35,543 nt of DNA from Octopus bimaculoides (lineage: Eukaryota). Under the pieces are notes generated by a model that saw nothing but the letters and a program-made list of their open reading frames with translations, was not told the DNA's origin and searched no databases. The position numbers and the translations under genes are program-made. Shown piece by piece: positions 10,566 through 21,691 of the stretch. The stretch is from the NCBI RefSeq assembly GCF_001194135.2, contig NC_068985.1, positions 126,776,421 to 126,811,963 on the forward strand, in the 5' to 3' direction. Each line of letters begins with the position of its first letter. The stretch's first letter is position 1.

Positions 10566-11390
10566 TGTAAAACTTTCCAGAAGCCATTTTAGTAGAAACA
10601 TAACAACAGAAAAAAAACAGAGAGAGGGGACAGTTTGCCTGTGGGTCAGAGGCTGGAGCATATCTGTTAGGAATTTGATGCCAGTTGTTTGAGTGACCTT
10701 CTCTCTGTGTGGTACACAAAATATTTACTTTCATGAACAGAGATTGCGAATGTCCTTCAGTACAGAAATGGAAACCTTGTCTCTTGATCCTTCCCAAATT
10801 CTGAACTGTTACAAGCATTCAGATTAGTTCACCAGTTTGAGACTAACTTCCTCCCTCCTTTTTTTCTTCTAGGCTAGGAGGCCTTGTGAACAATCATGGC
10901 CATTGCTTTCCTACTGACTAAAGAGATAGAAAAAATAAACATTTTATTTGTTACTTAATTCTAACTTAACTTCTTTGCTGTATTTTTTTTTTTTTAATTC
11001 TAAGTTCAGTACTCTTTTAATATAATTTTGCCTTTCCTCTATCTGAAATCAGTATACCATATTTTCTGGCATACAAGTTGAATTTTTCAGGCCAAAATTT
11101 ACAGCCAAAAACCAGTAGGTTGACTTCTACACTTTTGCTATAACTTCTTGGAGGACCAAAACTTCCATGTGAAATGCAGCAGGATTTGTAAAGATAGTGA
11201 CAATGTTTGAATGTTTACACTCCATGTTCACTACTTATCATGTCGACTTGTATGTCAGAAAATGTGGTAAATGTAAATGATATTCTGGGAGTTGTTTCAT
11301 TCAGCATTAACTGGCTTTTAAGAAGAAAAACATGACAAACCTGTATTATGTATTTATATCTGTTGTAATGTAGTTGATCCATCTTTTCAG

Positions 11391-11519
11391 GTGTGTATTT
11401 GGATGAACCAAAATTTTCTGCTAGAACAACCACTGGAGCCTGATAATATCATAAATGTTGCCTTCATATCATTACGAGATAACAAGCCTCTGGTAATCAT
11501 TATGGATCAATCCAAACAG
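11391..11519 (+). CDS. BBS2: BBS2 exon, 129 nt, phase 0/0
   Basis: ttttcag|GTG...CAG|gtatac. Encodes VCIWMNQNFLLEQPLEPDNIINVAFISLRDNKPLVIIMDQSKQ. Confidence 0.95.
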
Positions 11520-11732
11520 GTATACCTTTTCATACTGTCAACAGAGAGTTTTTAATCTTAATCACAATAAAAGGTTGGATGGCCATATATAGGTAATGTG
11601 TGTGTGTGTGTGTGTGCATATATTTATGTATGTGCTTTCAGAAAGCCTTTCTTATGGCTCCATACGTCTGATGTGTCATTTCTTACTTAGTTTCTTAATA
11701 TCACCATTACTAGCAGTGCCACTGCAACTACC

Positions 11733-11912
11733 ACCATCATCATCATCGTCATCGTCATCGTCATCATCGTCATCATCATCGTCATCATCATCGTCATCAT
11801 CATCATCATCGTCATCATCATCATCATCGTCATCATCATCGTCATCGTCATCATTGTCATCATCATCATCGTCATCGTCATCATCATCATCATCATCGTC
11901 ATCATCATCACC
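11733..11912. repeat. (CAT/CGT)n microsatellite
   Basis: About 60 triplets. It produces the poly-Ser and poly-Met ORFs in the track. Confidence 0.95.
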
Positions 11913-12277
11913 ATTATTGTTTCAGGCCTTTTTTATCTTTTATTTTCTTTGCTTGTATGGTTTGAATGGTTCAATTCCTGCACATGTATTTCACATCTTG
12001 TTNNNNNNNNNNNNNNNNNNNNNNNNNNNNNNNNNNNNNNNNNNNNNNNNNNNNNNNNNNNNNNNNNNNNNNNNNNNNNNNNNNNNNNNNNNNNNNNNNN
12101 NNNNNNNNNNNNNNNNNNNNNNNNNNNNNNNNNNNNNNNNNNNNNNNNNNNNNNNNNNNNNNNNNNNNNNNNNNNNNNNNNNNNNNNNNNNNNNNNNNNN
12201 NNNNNNNNNNNNNNNNNNNNNNNNNNNNNNNNNNNNNNNNNNNNNNNNNNNNNNNNNNNNNNNNNNNNNNNNNNAAT

Positions 12278-12279
<2 letters not shown>

Positions 12280-12357
<78 letters not shown>
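12280..12357. repeat. (TA)n(GA)n compound microsatellite next to an assembly gap
   Basis: Seen directly in the sequence. Confidence 0.95.
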
Positions 12358-12359
<2 letters not shown>

Positions 12360-12791
12360 GGTCTATGAGGTTACTCTGGGTTTCATGCCCATAAAGTACT
12401 TAGCTTTATAGCATTTCTTCTATGTATATAAAGTTAATATAAACAGCCAGGTGCAATGTGACACCATAAAGAAAAGGCACCTATATGGTTACAGATAAGA
12501 GTTAGACTACTCTGAACGTTGTAGGAGGAGTGGAAATATGGACATATGCTGACAGGGGAGGTAACTGCCCTATGACCATTTCGAGGCCTAGTTTCACTTA
12601 TTGCTGTAGGTATCGTCAGTGGTGACTGCTCAAGCAGCTCATGATTGGCGAATTCTGTCTGCCAGCATATATATATTTACTGTAAAAGTCTATGGGTAAT
12701 TTAACAAAATGCTAATGTGTATACTAAAAATTAATGGAAACAACCACACACACACATACACATATGTATGTGTGTATCTTTTCATTTCCAG

Positions 12792-12862
12792 GATTGCTTT
12801 GGTCCAATAGTAGGATGCCTGTCATGTTTAGAAGAGTTGTGGGTTCAAGTCCCATAGCTGCC
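12792..12862 (+). pseudogene. tRNA-like remnant (tRNA pseudogene or orphan SINE head)
   Basis: A-box-like TTGGTCCAATAG, T-arm GTGGG-TTCAAGT-CCCAT with B box, partial acceptor stem, anticodon arm not resolvable. Confidence 0.5.
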
Positions 12863-13061
12863 TTTGTCTTTTTCTATCCAAAGAGATTTTTAACCCAGTA
12901 TTTACATGCTATCATTTATAGCTTTTCTGCTTCGAGATTCATCATTCTGGAAAAGAATCATTTCATATCCTAAAAGTTTCTAAATTTTTATGACTTCAAC
13001 AAAGTATGCATGTGTGTGTGTGTGTGTTAAAACTATCATCATGTTAAATTTGATTCTGCAG

Positions 13062-13199
13062 ATTGTTATCAAAACTGATAATATGGATATTGCTGGAGAC
13101 ATTGTCCAATCTTTGACATCTTACCTCAAGATCGACGAACTCAATGTTACAGCTCACTTCCCCAGTGAATTGAAAATACTTAATTCTCTTATAGAAAAG
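13062..13199 (+). CDS. BBS2: BBS2 exon, 138 nt, phase 0/0
   Basis: ctgcag|ATT...AAG|gtaagt. Encodes IVIKTDNMDIAGDIVQSLTSYLKIDELNVTAHFPSELKILNSLIEK (part of ORF 12990..13319). Confidence 0.96.
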
Positions 13200-13329
13200 G
13201 TAAGTTTATCACATTTCTCCTATACAACAAGGCACCTGTTCCTGTACTTCTTTCCTACTTTAATCTTCCTACACTTAGCACAAAGCCACCTCCTTCAATA
13301 CTGCACCCCCACTCTGTGAAAGGTCTTGT

Positions 13330-13541
13330 GTTGCAAGTTACTTGGTAATCCCACCAGTGCTGGTGCCATGAAAGGAAGCACCCAGTACACTCTGTAAAGT
13401 GGTTTGGATTAGGAAAGGCATCCAACTGTAGAAACCTTGCTTACGCAGACACTGGAGACCAACACAGCGCTCAGGCTCGTCAGATCCTGTTGAACTGTCC
13501 AACCTATGCTAGCATAAAACATGGGCACTAAATGATGATGG
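13330..13541 (+). mobile_element. RTE 3' UTR/tail copy, sense to BBS2
   Basis: ttaggaaaggcatccaactgtagaaac...tgctagcataaaac...aaatgatgatg. Confidence 0.8.
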
Positions 13542-14727
13542 TGACAATCATTGATGGGGGAGGATTTGTTTTTCTGTATGTAGAGAATCAGGTAGCTGTT
13601 TGGTTCTTTAAAATGGCAGAGATTTGTAACCCTTTTGCTACCAGGCTTCATTGAGCTCACTTCTCATTCTGTAGGACAAAACTACTTGTTTTAAAGTATT
13701 CATGTTTAAATTAAAACATTTTGACACAATTTTTATTTGTGAAAATTTCTTTTAAGCTATGCTCCAAACTCTAGCCTAATAGTAAAAAGAGTTATTTGTT
13801 TTACTGAATCCCTCCAAGTTCTTGATTATTTTCAAAATTAATTGAAACACATATGTATTAGAAATATGGTCTCAAAAGGATTAAATATTGAATTGCTCTG
13901 AGTTCAATCCTGCTGTGTGGCATCATCCTAGGCAAGTATGTTTTACTATTACTTCATGATTTGTGAGTGAAATTGGGGGAATCTGTGGATGGAGTGCATC
14001 TGTAATTTAAAGGCCTGACTTCATAACATAACATGTCATACTGATTCTGCCTAAGGATAAATTAAAGACCCACATGAGGGTTTTGTTAAAGGCATAAATG
14101 TATAGAGATAAATGTTGGTTAATGAATTAATTTGTTTCACTGTGGAAACAATAAATAAAAATGTTTAAAGTAGCAATGAAACCTTAAACAATTTTTCCCC
14201 ACTTTCACCCACTGCCTCTTTTTTTCTTAAACTTTCATTACTGAAGCAACCTGGACACAAGATACACAAGCTGAAAGGCTGGTGTCTTAGACTCCTATCT
14301 TTTTTTTTCCCCTCATATTTTATCTATCACTGCAAATTAAAAGGCTTTACATACGTGCACGAAACAACTAGAGCTACTGTGTTGATGTGCATAATTCGTC
14401 AGTTTGAAGTTGTCACCCTTATCATATCATCATCATCATCATCATCAACAGTATCATCATAACCAGTCATGTACCACCAGTGATATAATTCACTGGTGTA
14501 AGCAGAAGTAGCATTGTAAAATTGATAATTGATTTGTTGGCTTGCAGCTCATAGGGCTAAGTTCAATTCTTCCAGTGGTAAATTACCTTCCTGGTAAAAA
14601 GATCTCTCAGCAATGCAACGTGGTATGAAAAAAATGATCTAAGTAAATTTTATTAGAGTGAGATATTTGTTGATTATCATTATCATTAATTGTGATTGAT
14701 TAAAAAAAAAATGGTTTCATTTTATAG

Positions 14728-14840
14728 GTTGACTCTTTGAACAACTTGAGGCAGACTTTAAGTACTGATATCGCTGATCATTCCAACCTAATCAGATCAA
14801 TGGTGGTTCATGCTGAAGACTCAAGACTTATAGGAGACTA
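14728..14840 (+). CDS. BBS2: BBS2 exon, 113 nt, phase 0/2
   Basis: tttatag|GTT...GAC TA|gttagt. Encodes VDSLNNLRQTLSTDIADHSNLIRSMVVHAEDSRLIGD(Y), matching ADHSNLIRSLLVGAEDARL. Confidence 0.96.
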
Positions 14841-14867
14841 GTTAGTATGAATCTCTCTCTCTCTCCC

Positions 14868-14901
<34 letters not shown>

Positions 14902-15117
14902 AAAATAATTGTAAAAGTCATGACTGAGGTTAATTGTTGGACCACATAAGTCATCAGCTAAATTCTTGGTGTAGCCATCCAACACATATCTAATTGAACT
15001 GAAAAAAAATAAAACAAATTCTTACTGATTAGTTAGTAAAAATGGAATCCACATGTAAAAACAATTTCTATAACAAAAACCATTTCCTTCACATATTAGC
15101 ATGAAAAATTTCATCTG

Positions 15118-15480
15118 AACCATCATCATCATCATCATTTTATGTCCATTTAGCTTCTCCACTTAAAATCACTTGCCATCTGCCTAGTGAGGCTTGGATT
15201 GTTGAGAACAACCCTCACCACTTTTTGTTATATCTTCTACAGGTGTCTTTCTCTTGAATCATTTGCCACTTTTTTACTCACCTGCTATCTTCATGTGCAT
15301 ATCTTTTTTTGGCCTACCCTCATCATGTCTTCCCTTTTACATGCTACATTTGATACATCTTACACTTAGTTGTTCTCTCAACTCACTTGTGCTCCGTCAT
15401 TCGGTTACACAAACATCATGCATCCAGCAAGTACGCCTACCTTTCTTTCCAACCTCTTTATGATAGCTCAGTCTGCTACA
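15118..15480 (-). mobile_element. Old RTE C-terminal fragment with (GAT)n tail
   Basis: Degenerate RTE C-terminal codons (WM...S.SELREQL.VRCIKCS) on the minus strand, with a (CAT)n tail at 15118. Confidence 0.6.
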
Positions 15481-16448
15481 AATAACAACCAAATCACCCT
15501 CTAATTACATCGTACTGTTTTTAAAAAGACACAATGAAGTCTGTAGATGAAATGGTCATAATTAGAACGATCACAGGTCTACTGCATGATCATGACTATC
15601 AAAAATGAAGCAAATATAGCCATAGCTGGAATGAATTTATGCTGTGTTCCACTAAATATTTTCAATAACTGAATATTTCGTGGTAAATTTCGTTCACATA
15701 TCAACAAGTTCTACTTTTCATCCTCAATATACTAATATTATTGGATTTATCAAAATTAATATTTTATGAGGGGGAGTAAGTATTGAATTGCCTTGGTATA
15801 CCACAGAATGAGTTACGTCCCGTTATTTGTAAGACTTGCGCGCATGCGCGCACATACACACGCTTTCCTGCCATGCTAAATGTTTTTCAGTAAATTTATG
15901 AGGATCATTTGAAGAATGCATTGATATAAATAAGTTTCTTGTTAATTAAGCACAAGACAAGTGTTTGTTGAGAAATAGAGGCTTATGCTTATCAACCAAG
16001 TAACATCATCTTTGTTCTTGCAGTGGTTTTTACAGGTCTTGTAATGGATTCTTTGAGAATGCAACAGTATTAGTCCTATAAGAATTACTATGAAATAAAT
16101 ATACACTCTACTCGATACATTCAGCACCTTTCTTTAATTGTTATTCTTTCTGTTTTTAGCAATCTTCTACTTCAATTGTAAGTTTTATACTACTTCTTAT
16201 GAAATTGATCTGAGTTAGTTGGTACTATTAACTAACTCGCTAAAATCTTTTCTGAATAACAAAAACGAAGGCCAACTTTGGTTGGCCCTTTAGACTTTTG
16301 GCACTCAGAGAATATTCAGCTGGTTAGTGGTACTTACTTAGGATTAGGTAGACTCACCATTAACAATTAAGTGGTATCTTTACTACAGACTCAATACACT
16401 TCTAGTAACAGGGATCCATTTGAGCTTATGTATTTATGAATGATATAA

Positions 16449-16842
16449 GCAGATGTGAATGTATGGTTAGAAGTTTACTGCCCAACTACATGGTTTTGGG
16501 TTCAGTCCCATTGCATGGCACCTTAGGGCATGCGTCTTCTACTATAACCCTAAGCTGACCAAAGTCTTTTGTGAGTGGATTTAGTGTGCGTGTGTGTGTT
16601 ACTGTCTCCTTCCCTTGACATTGCATGATAGTTGTAAATAATTGCCATCATGATACAAGTAGCATCCTTCATTTCCAGTCTTCAGTGAAAACATGTCTCT
16701 GATCATGGGGAAATATTACTTTACTTGGAAACAGGTGAGGGTTGGTGACTAAAAGGACATTTGGCCATAGAAAATCCACTTTGACAAATTCCCTCTAACC
16801 CACCCATGTGGACATGGAAAAACGGACGTTAAAAATCAATGA
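16449..16842 (+). mobile_element. SINE with family B head/CORE-like box and RTE-type tail
   Basis: gggttcagtcccattgcatggcacctt... head, then ...catggaaaaacggacgttaaaa tail, which matches the RTE tail at 34530-34560. Confidence 0.75.
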
Positions 16843-16874
16843 AATGAAAATTTTCATTGCTTTTATTTCCTCAG

Positions 16875-17023
16875 CAAATCAATGAAACGAGGCTACACAG
16901 AACTGTTCAACCTCAACCAAGAATTGCTGCGTGACTACAAAATCCGTTGTGACAACCACACAGAACTTGTAGCAAGCCTGAAGCAAGTGAACATGATCAT
17001 CCAAAAGGCTTCCAAACTGAGAG
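16875..17023 (+). CDS. BBS2: BBS2 exon, 149 nt, phase 2/1
   Basis: cctcag|C AAA...AGA G|gtaaaa. Encodes KSMKRGYTELFNLNQELLRDYKIRCDNHTELVASLKQVNMIIQKASKLR, the BBS2 C-terminal helical region (YKIRCNNHTEL motif). Confidence 0.97.
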
Positions 17024-17254
17024 GTAAAACTGTCCCCTGTCGTTGTTGCTATGGTTGTTGTTGTTGTTTAGGTTATTTATTTTATCATTGTTTTCTTTTA
17101 TTTGTAGATTTTTTGAAGCATATATTGATCATCATTACATAGAATGTGAGGTTTAATTGTTGTAAGGTTATAACACTGGGAATATTAACCACATTGTCAT
17201 AAGTTCAAGCTTTACAGCCACAGCTGCAACTACAGTTGTTGATGCTGCTGCTCC

Positions 17255-17620
17255 TCTTCTTCTTCCTCCCTTTCTTCCTTCTCTTCCTCCTCTTCTGCCT
17301 TCTCTTCCTCCTCTCCCTCTTCCACCTCCTCCACTTTCACCCTCTCTACTTCCACCACCACTTCCACCTCCTCTTCTACCTCCCCTCTACTGCTTCCTCC
17401 TCTTCTACCTCCACTTCTACCTTTTCCTCTTCTACCTTCTCTTCCACTTCCTCCTCTTCCACCTCCTCCACTTCTGCCTTCTCTTTCTCCTCTTCTACCT
17501 CTTCCTCTTCTTCCTCCTCCACTTCTGCCTCTTCATTTTCCTCTTCTGGCTTTTCCTCCTCCTCCTCCTCCTCTTGTTCTTCCTCTTCTACCTCCTCTTC
17601 TCTCTTCTCTTCCTCCTACT
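17255..17620. repeat. About 360-bp (CTT/CCT)n polypyrimidine tract
   Basis: Seen directly. It produces the poly-Ser ORF 17236..17670. Confidence 0.9.
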
Positions 17621-17680
17621 ACTACTACTGCAGCTGCTGCTGCTGCCACCACTACTACCACTACTATTGATGATGCTGCA

Positions 17681-17990
17681 GCCTTTCATCTTTTCAGGGT
17701 TAATGAAATATGCACTAGTTGAGCACTGGGTCAATGTAATTTATCCCACAAATATCAAGCCTTGTGCCTATACTAGAAATTATTATTATTTTTGTTGTTA
17801 TTATCATTAAGGTAGTGAGCTTGAGCTAGCAGAAAATGCTCTAATGATAGACAAAATATTTAGCAACATTTCATCTTTTTGTGGTCGATAAAATAAGTAC
17901 CAGTTGAGCCCCAGTGTTGATGTAAATTATCTCAACCCCTCTGCCAAAATTTCAGGCCCTGTGCCTATAGTAGAAAAGATTATTATTATT
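17681..17990 (+). mobile_element. Two tandem SINE family A copies in the last BBS2 intron
   Basis: gcctttcatc...taccagttgagc...tagaaa-(att)n units at about 17681 and about 17810. Confidence 0.75.
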
Positions 17991-18083
17991 ATTAGTTGCC
18001 TTATTACTAATTCTGCTTTGATAATTTTTGTAATTTCTATTGATGCCTATTCATTTATTTAATGAAAAATGTTTTCTCTTCAG

Positions 18084-18187
18084 CTGGAAAATATAAAACA
18101 CAAGTAGTTACAGCCTGCAGAACTGCCATCAAGAATAACAATATAGGAGCACTTATGAAGATTATCACTACAGGAGCATCTTCCTAA
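18084..18187 (+). CDS. BBS2: BBS2 terminal coding exon, 104 nt including TAA
   Basis: cttcag|CT GGA...TCC TAA. Encodes (A)GKYKTQVVTACRTAIKNNNIGALMKIITTGASS*, matching the BBS2 C-terminus ...[29 protein letters not shown]. The 11 exons sum to 1125 nt = 375 codons. Confidence 0.97.
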
Positions 18188-18333
18188 CTGTAGAAGGTCA
18201 CTGCTTTTAAAAAATTTTGAAATTCCATCCAAAGGAAAATTTCCGAGATTTTTTTTTTTTTTTCATTGTTAGATTAAAAAGAAAATTATAATAATGGTAA
18301 GAGTAATTATTATTATTATTCTTTCAAATCCTT

Positions 18334-19480
18334 AAGGTGGCAAGTTGGCAGAATTGTTAACACACCAGACAAACTCAAAATGTTGAGCAGTATTTTGTCT
18401 GGCTGTACATTTTGAGTGTAAATTCCACTGAGGTCTACTTTGCCTTTCATCCTTTTGGGATTGATGAAATAAGTACCAGTTTAGCACCAGGGTTGATGTA
18501 ATTGACTAACACCCTCCCACATAATTTCAGGCTTCATGCCTATGACAGAAAGAATTATTATTTCAAATCCTGTCATGGTTAACTTTGCCTTTCATCTTTC
18601 CAGGGTCAGTGTAATCAACTATTCTCCTTGACATAAATGTCTGACCTTACTACTACTACTACTACTCAATATTATTATGGCGTGCAATGGATTGGTAGAA
18701 ACATTAGAATGTCAGAAAAAAATGCCTTGCAGTTCCAGCACTTTAAATTCTGTGTTCAAATTTTGTCACGATCAATTTTGCTTTTCGTCCATTCAGAGTC
18801 AATAAAATAAAGTACCAGTCTAGTACAAAGGTGGATGGCATCAACTAACCCATCCCCTCAAAATTGCTGGCATTGTACCTAATTTAGAAACCATTATTAT
18901 ATTTGAGGGCAATAACTTGGCAGAATCATTAGACCATCCAGCTCTTTAAATTCTGAGTTCAAACCCCACATGAGGTTAACTTAGCCTTTCATCCTTCTGG
19001 TGTTGATAAAATAAAGTACTGGTCTGCAAAATTGCTCTCCATGTGCCTAAATTAGAAATTATAAGGGCAGTGGATTTGCAGAATCATTAGAGGATCGACC
19101 AAAATATTTCCATGTTTGTTCTCACTCTTTACTGTCTGAGTTCAAATCGCACCACGGTCACCTTTCCATTGCTCCTTTCAGAGTTGTTAAAATAGAAAGT
19201 TATTGCCAAGTAATGGGATCGGTGATATTAACTAACCACTTCCCTTCAGACTTGCTCACCTTGAATAGAAATCAGAATAGAAACCGTTATTATTTCTAGA
19301 TACAAAAATAAGGTGACAAGCTGACAAAATGCTGAGCAGCATTTCATTTGTCTTTGCGTTCTGAGTTCAAATTCCAATGAAGTCGACTTTGCCTTGCATC
19401 CTTCTGGGGTCGATAAAATAAGTACCAGTTAAGCTCTGGGGGCGATTTAATCGACTAGTTCCCCTCTCCAAAAAATTTCA
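18334..19480 (+). mobile_element. Head-to-tail stack of about 6 SINE family A copies downstream of the BBS2 stop
   Basis: Copies start at about 18334, 18575, 18680, 18905, 19063 and 19310, each with ctgagttcaaa...actttgcctttcatcc...ataaaataagtacc variants. Confidence 0.8.
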
Positions 19481-20236
19481 GGTAGGCTTGTGGAGATTGT
19501 CATAGAGTTGCTTATTCTTCCCACTCTGCATTCAGCTGGTGGTGGGGGCTGTCTGGAACTTCTATGTGTAGAAACCATTGATTTGCTTACCATGGAGCTA
19601 GTGAAGGTAGAAGTTTTCTCACCTGTAAAAGGAGAGTGTCTTGATTACTACTCTTAAAATTTTCTTTTTGATTTGTCTGGAGAAATTACAGGTCCAGAAT
19701 AATCTTTGTACCATTAAAGCATTTTCCAAACAATGTTTTTTTTTTGTCTCCCCACTTATAATAGCTTAAAATAATAAGTTTAAAAAAAAAACTTAATAAA
19801 TAATGAAAGCTAATTGACTGAACTGAGAGAGAGAGAGAGATGTTGTAAAAGATAGAGATAGCAAGGAAACCAAAGAAAAATAATTTTAAAAAAACAGTGC
19901 TTTTGTAATATCATTTATCACCCAATCAAAAGTGTTCCAGCTAGGCTACACATTTTTTATCACTTTAGCATGGTATATCTAAGAATACATTATCCAATGT
20001 ATCCTTTTTTTTTCGTAAGAAGGCAGGGCCTGCATTTAAGGAGATTTGGCTGTTATTTCTAGAAAACTGAGAAACCACATAGAGGCTCTCTCATTTACCT
20101 CTATGTTTTTATGTCAAGAAGTACTTTGTAGTTGTTTTACTGTTAAATTCTGTATTTTCATAGAATGTTTCTTTATAGATGAACTTTTTGTAGAATATAA
20201 ACAAATGTAATCAACATGAATGAAAGATTTATTTTT

Positions 20237-20242
20237 AATAAA
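20237..20242 (+). promoter_or_regulatory. Candidate distal polyadenylation signal for BBS2
   Basis: AATAAA in unique U-rich sequence with upstream TGTA elements and a downstream GT/T-rich tract. A second AATAAA lies about 35 nt downstream. Alternatives are ATTAAA at 18273 and a SINE-borne AATAAA at 18801. Confidence 0.4.
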
Positions 20243-20440
20243 CATTTATGAATTTTATTGTCTTTTGTTTAAATAAATGAACGTCTCTTGGTTGGCTCTC
20301 TGCATGAGTATAAACATAGAGATAACTAACTCTCTGTCTTTTCTGTCATTCAACTTATGTATTTATATACTTTATATTTTCAAAGCTGAAAACACTTTAA
20401 CAATTACTCAGACACTAGAGCTTTGGGTGGGTAGAGAAAT

Positions 20441-20690
20441 GTCATCATCATCATCACCACCACCACCAATCATCATCATTTAGCATCTCTTTTTTTCATA
20501 CTGGGATGGATTGGATGATTCAACATGAGCCGATGAGTCAGAAGACAGTGGTAAACTCCAGTTTCTCTTTTAGAATAGTTTCTACAGCTGGATGCTTCTC
20601 TTAACAACAATCACTTTACAGAATGTACTGAGTGCTTTTTCATGGTACCATCGCTAGTGAGACCACCAAGTACTTGCAAGACAAGAACCC
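20441..20690 (-). mobile_element. RTE 3' UTR/tail copy (old)
   Basis: (CAT)n-ttagcatc...gtttctacagctggatgc motif. Confidence 0.7.
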
Positions 20691-21528
20691 TCAACAGAGT
20701 GGAATGTAATACTGATGGATGGGAAAGGATGATAAAAAGGACAGAATCATATGTCTTGCTGAAGAAGTAAATACATGGGTTTCCTAGTTGGAAAGAGCAA
20801 GAGAAATGTTAAGGGCTTCCGTCAATGTACAAGGTGAATATGAAAGAAAGAGAATAGAGATATACATATTTAGCGGGTTTCTAGCCGACTAATTTAATAT
20901 AATGTTCAGTCATTCTTCGATAGCTGTTAAAATCAATCTAGTGAGGAACAACAACAATAACTCATGTGAGATAGTGAAGACGTCATGTGTATGAGGAATT
21001 TATTCTGATACGGAATGAGTGTATTTACACAGCTCATACATTATCATTCAATAGAACAGAATGGAATTTGAAGAAGGGAATGTTTACGTCTTGCCATATT
21101 CCATGACTGGTGAAGGGCATTGAAGAAAATTCAATCAACGAGAAGTTGTCTTGCAGCAGGTACAAAGATGGAGAACACCATGGCTAGTCGGAGGCAGTAT
21201 GTGAGAGAAAGAGAATGTTACCTTTCCGTACACATCTTTCATAGCTAGGTAACAAGTGCCATCCAGTCGCTAGCAATGCGACAGGGGAGATAACTATAGA
21301 TGGCTCGCATTGAAACCGGACGCCACTGATTCAAATAAGGTTGCCTACACACACACACATATTCTCCCTCTCTTCTGTTAACTGATGAGATGGACACTTC
21401 TTACATGCTCACAGAACTTAAAGTCAATAGAGCCAAGTTAAACTGTTATCAAAATATAACTCCTACAAAATATGTTGGGGACCGCTTTCTTGTGTTTGTC
21501 CTCTCTTTCTCTCACACACACACACACA

Positions 21529-21559
<31 letters not shown>

Positions 21560-21691
21560 GTTTAACGTCCGCTTTCCATGCTAGCATGGGTTGGACGATT
21601 TGACTGAGGACTGGTGAACCAGATGGCTACACCAGGCTCCAATCTGATTTGGCAGAGTTTCTACAGCTGGATGCCCTTCCTAACGCCAACT
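21529..21691 (-). mobile_element. RTE 3' UTR/tail copy, young subfamily
   Basis: (CAT)n-cgtttaacgtccgctttccatgctagc...gtttctacagctggatgcccttcctaacgccaac, with CpGs retained. Confidence 0.85.

Noticed and set aside
11968-11992. attcctgcacatgtatttc similar to the minisatellite unit
   Set aside because: Only about 19 bp with mismatches, next to a gap; cannot be separated from chance.
11596-12394. Long ORFs (poly-Ser, poly-Met, X-filled); likewise 17236..17670, 31495..31954 and 33283..34102
   Set aside because: They are translations of microsatellites and N gaps.
13477-13483. CTGACGA on the minus strand
   Set aside because: No stem II or GAAA follows; it lies in an RTE UTR copy.
15837-15852. 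16-bp palindrome TGCGCGCATGCGCGCA (NRF1-like/Z-DNA)
   Set aside because: It sits in a (CA/CG)n microsatellite variant deep in an intron with no promoter context.
21222-21269. Minus-strand 48-nt open exon-like unit RLDGTCYLAMKDVYGK
   Set aside because: The acceptor and donor (gtaaca) are weak and there is no recognisable homology; compatible with chance.
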